A DNA stretch of 64,000 bases, taken from assembly GCF_009914755.1 (NCBI RefSeq), contig NC_060939.1; one strand, given 5' to 3'. Below the pieces are notes generated by a model that was not told the DNA's origin, did no database searches, and saw only the letters and a list, made by a program, of their open reading frames with translations. The stretch is from the human T2T-CHM13v2.0 reference genome, Homo sapiens. Positions 61,749-64,000 of this stretch are shown in pieces. A program made the translations under genes and the position numbers. Numbering within the stretch: the stretch's first letter is position 1; each line of letters starts with the position of its first letter.

Positions 61749-62412
61749 ATATCTTCACATAAAAACTAGACAGAAAAATTCCCAAAAACTTCTTTGTGAT
61801 GTGTGCATTAAACTCACAGAGTTGAAACTTTCTTTTGATAGAGGAGTTTTGAAACACTCACTTTGCAGGATCTGCAAGTGGACATTTGGAGAGCTTTGAA
61901 GCCTATGGTGGAAAGGAAATATCTTCACATAAAAATTAAACTGAAGCATTCTCACAAACTTCTTTGTGATGTCTGCATTTAACTCACAGTGTTGAACATA
62001 CTTTTTCATAGAGCGGTTTCAAATCACTCTTATCCTTGTATCTGCAAGTGTATATTTGTACTGCTTAGAGGCCTTCATTGGAAACGGGAATATCTTCTCA
62101 TAAAAACTAGGCAGAAGCATTCTCAGAAACTTCTTTGTGATGTGTGAATTCAACTCACAGAGTTGAACCTTTCTTTGGTAGAGCAGTCTTGAAACAATCA
62201 TTTTGTAGGATCTGCAATTGGACATTTGCAGAGTTTTGAGGCCTATGGTGGAAAGGAAATACCTTCACATAAAAACTAGACAAAAGCATTCTCAGGAACT
62301 TCTTTGTGATGTTTGCATTCAACTCACAGAGTTGAAGATACCTTTTCATAGAACAGTTTTGAAACACTCTTTTCGTAGGATCTGCAAGTGGATATTTGGA
62401 CTGCTTTGAGGC

Positions 62413-62429
62413 CTTCGTTGTAAACGGGA
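62413..62429 (+). promoter_or_regulatory. CENP-B box (core intact)
   Basis: CTTCGTTGTAAACGGGA. Confidence 0.85.
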
Positions 62430-64000
62430 ATATCTTCACATAAAAACTAGAAAGAAGAATTCTCAGAAACTTCTCTGTGATGTGTGCATTCAACTTACAG
62501 AGTTGAACCTTTGTTTTTATGGAGCAGTTTTGAAACACTCATTTTGTAGGATCTGCAAGTGGACATTTGCAGAGCTTTGAGGCCTATGTTGGAAAGGAAA
62601 TATCTTCATATAAAAAGTAGACAGAAGCATTCTCATAAACTTCTTTGAGAATTTTGCATTCAACTGACAGAGTTGAACATACCTTTTCATAGAGCAGTTT
62701 TGAAACACTCTTTTCGTAGAATCTCCAAGTGGATATTTGGACTGCATTGAGGCCTACGTTGTAAACTGAAATATCTTCACATAAAAACCAGACAGAAGCA
62801 TTCTCAGAAACTTCTTTGGGATGTGTGCATTCAACTCACAGATTTAAACGTTCCTTTTGATAGGACAGTTTTGAAACACTCTTTTTGTAGAATCTGCAAG
62901 TGGACATTTGAAAGGCTTTGAGGCCTGTGGTGGAAAAGGAAATATCTTCACATAAAAACTAAACAGAAGCATTCGCAGAAACTTCTTTGTGATGTTTGCA
63001 TTCAACTCACAGAGTTGAACATACCTTTTCATAGAGCAGTTTTGAAACACTCTGTTCTTAGAATCTGCAAGTAGATATTTGGACTGCTTTGAGGCCTTCT
63101 TTGGAAACGGGAATATCTTAACATAAAAAGCGGACAGAAGCATTCTCAGAAACTTCTTCGTGATGTGTGCTTTCATCTCACAGAGTTGAACCTTTCTTTT
63201 GATAGCATAGGTTTGAAACACTCTTTTTGTAGAAACTGCAAGTGGACCTTTGGAAATATTTGTAGCCTATGGTGGAAAAAGAAATATCTTCACAGAAAAT
63301 CCAGACAGATGCATTATCAGAAACCTCTTTGTGATGTTTGCATTCAACTCACAGAGTTGAACATACCTTTTCATAGATCAGTTTTGAAAAAGTCTTTTCG
63401 TGGAATCTGCAAATGCGTATTTGGACTGCCTTGAGGCCTTAGTTGTAAATGGGAATATCTTCACATGAGAACTAGAAAGAAACATTCTCTGAACCATCTT
63501 TGTGATGTATGCATTCAACTCACAGAGTTGAACATTTCTTGTCATAGAGCAGATTTGAAACACTAATTTTGTAGAATCTGCAAGTGGATATATGGAGAGC
63601 TTTGAGGTCTATGGTGGAAAGGAAATATCTTCACATGAAAACTTGACAGAAGCGTTCTCAGAAACTACTTTGTGATGGCTGAATTCAACTCACAGAGTTG
63701 AACATACGTTTTCATACAGAAGTTTTGAAACACTCTTTTTGTAGAATCTGCAAGTGGATATTTGGACTCTGTGAGGCCTTCCTTGGAAACGGGAATATCT
63801 TCACATAAAAACCAGACAGAAGCATTCTCAGAAACTTCTTTTTGATGTTTGCATTCAACTCACAGCATTGAACATACCTTTTCATAGAGCGGTTTTGACA
63901 CACTCTTTTCGCAGAATCTGCAAGTGGATATTTGGACTGCTTTGAGGCCTTTGTTGGAAATGGGAATATCCTCACTTAAAAGCTAGACAGCAGCATTCTC

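Larger units (their letters stand above)
57149..64000 (+). repeat. Alpha satellite, SF5 (R1/R2)-like mix of B-box and A-box monomers
   Basis: GGATATTTGGACTGCTTTGAGGCCTTCGTTGGAAACGGGAA monomers alternate irregularly with GGACATTTGGAGAGCTTTGAGGCCTATGGTGGAAAAGGAA monomers. Confidence 0.93.

Overview
This window is primate (human-like) pericentromeric heterochromatin. About 53 kb is divergent ~171-bp alpha satellite in several distinguishable monomer layers. It is interrupted by four 5'-incomplete L1PA (L1PA2-4-like) copies and one full-length AluY, all five on the minus strand. The satellite switches strand at 22797-22803 through a 7-bp microhomology. CENP-B boxes appear only to the right: two at ~42.2-42.7 kb and four in an SF5-like A/B block at 57.1-64 kb. 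There is no host protein-coding gene; the ORF track consists of satellite read-through frames and broken L1 ORF2 pieces. I found no evidence of a new gene-based system. The most unusual signals are: mosaic sharing of variants among the four independently inserted L1s; a 300-bp ~98%-identical satellite tract copied 8.4 kb away; two L1s lacking TSDs exactly at layer boundaries; a probable 14-nt 3' transduction; a templated-insertion repair scar near the inversion; and several young or decayed multi-monomer duplications. All alignments were done by eye. Subfamily names are recalled from known consensus sequences and need confirming.
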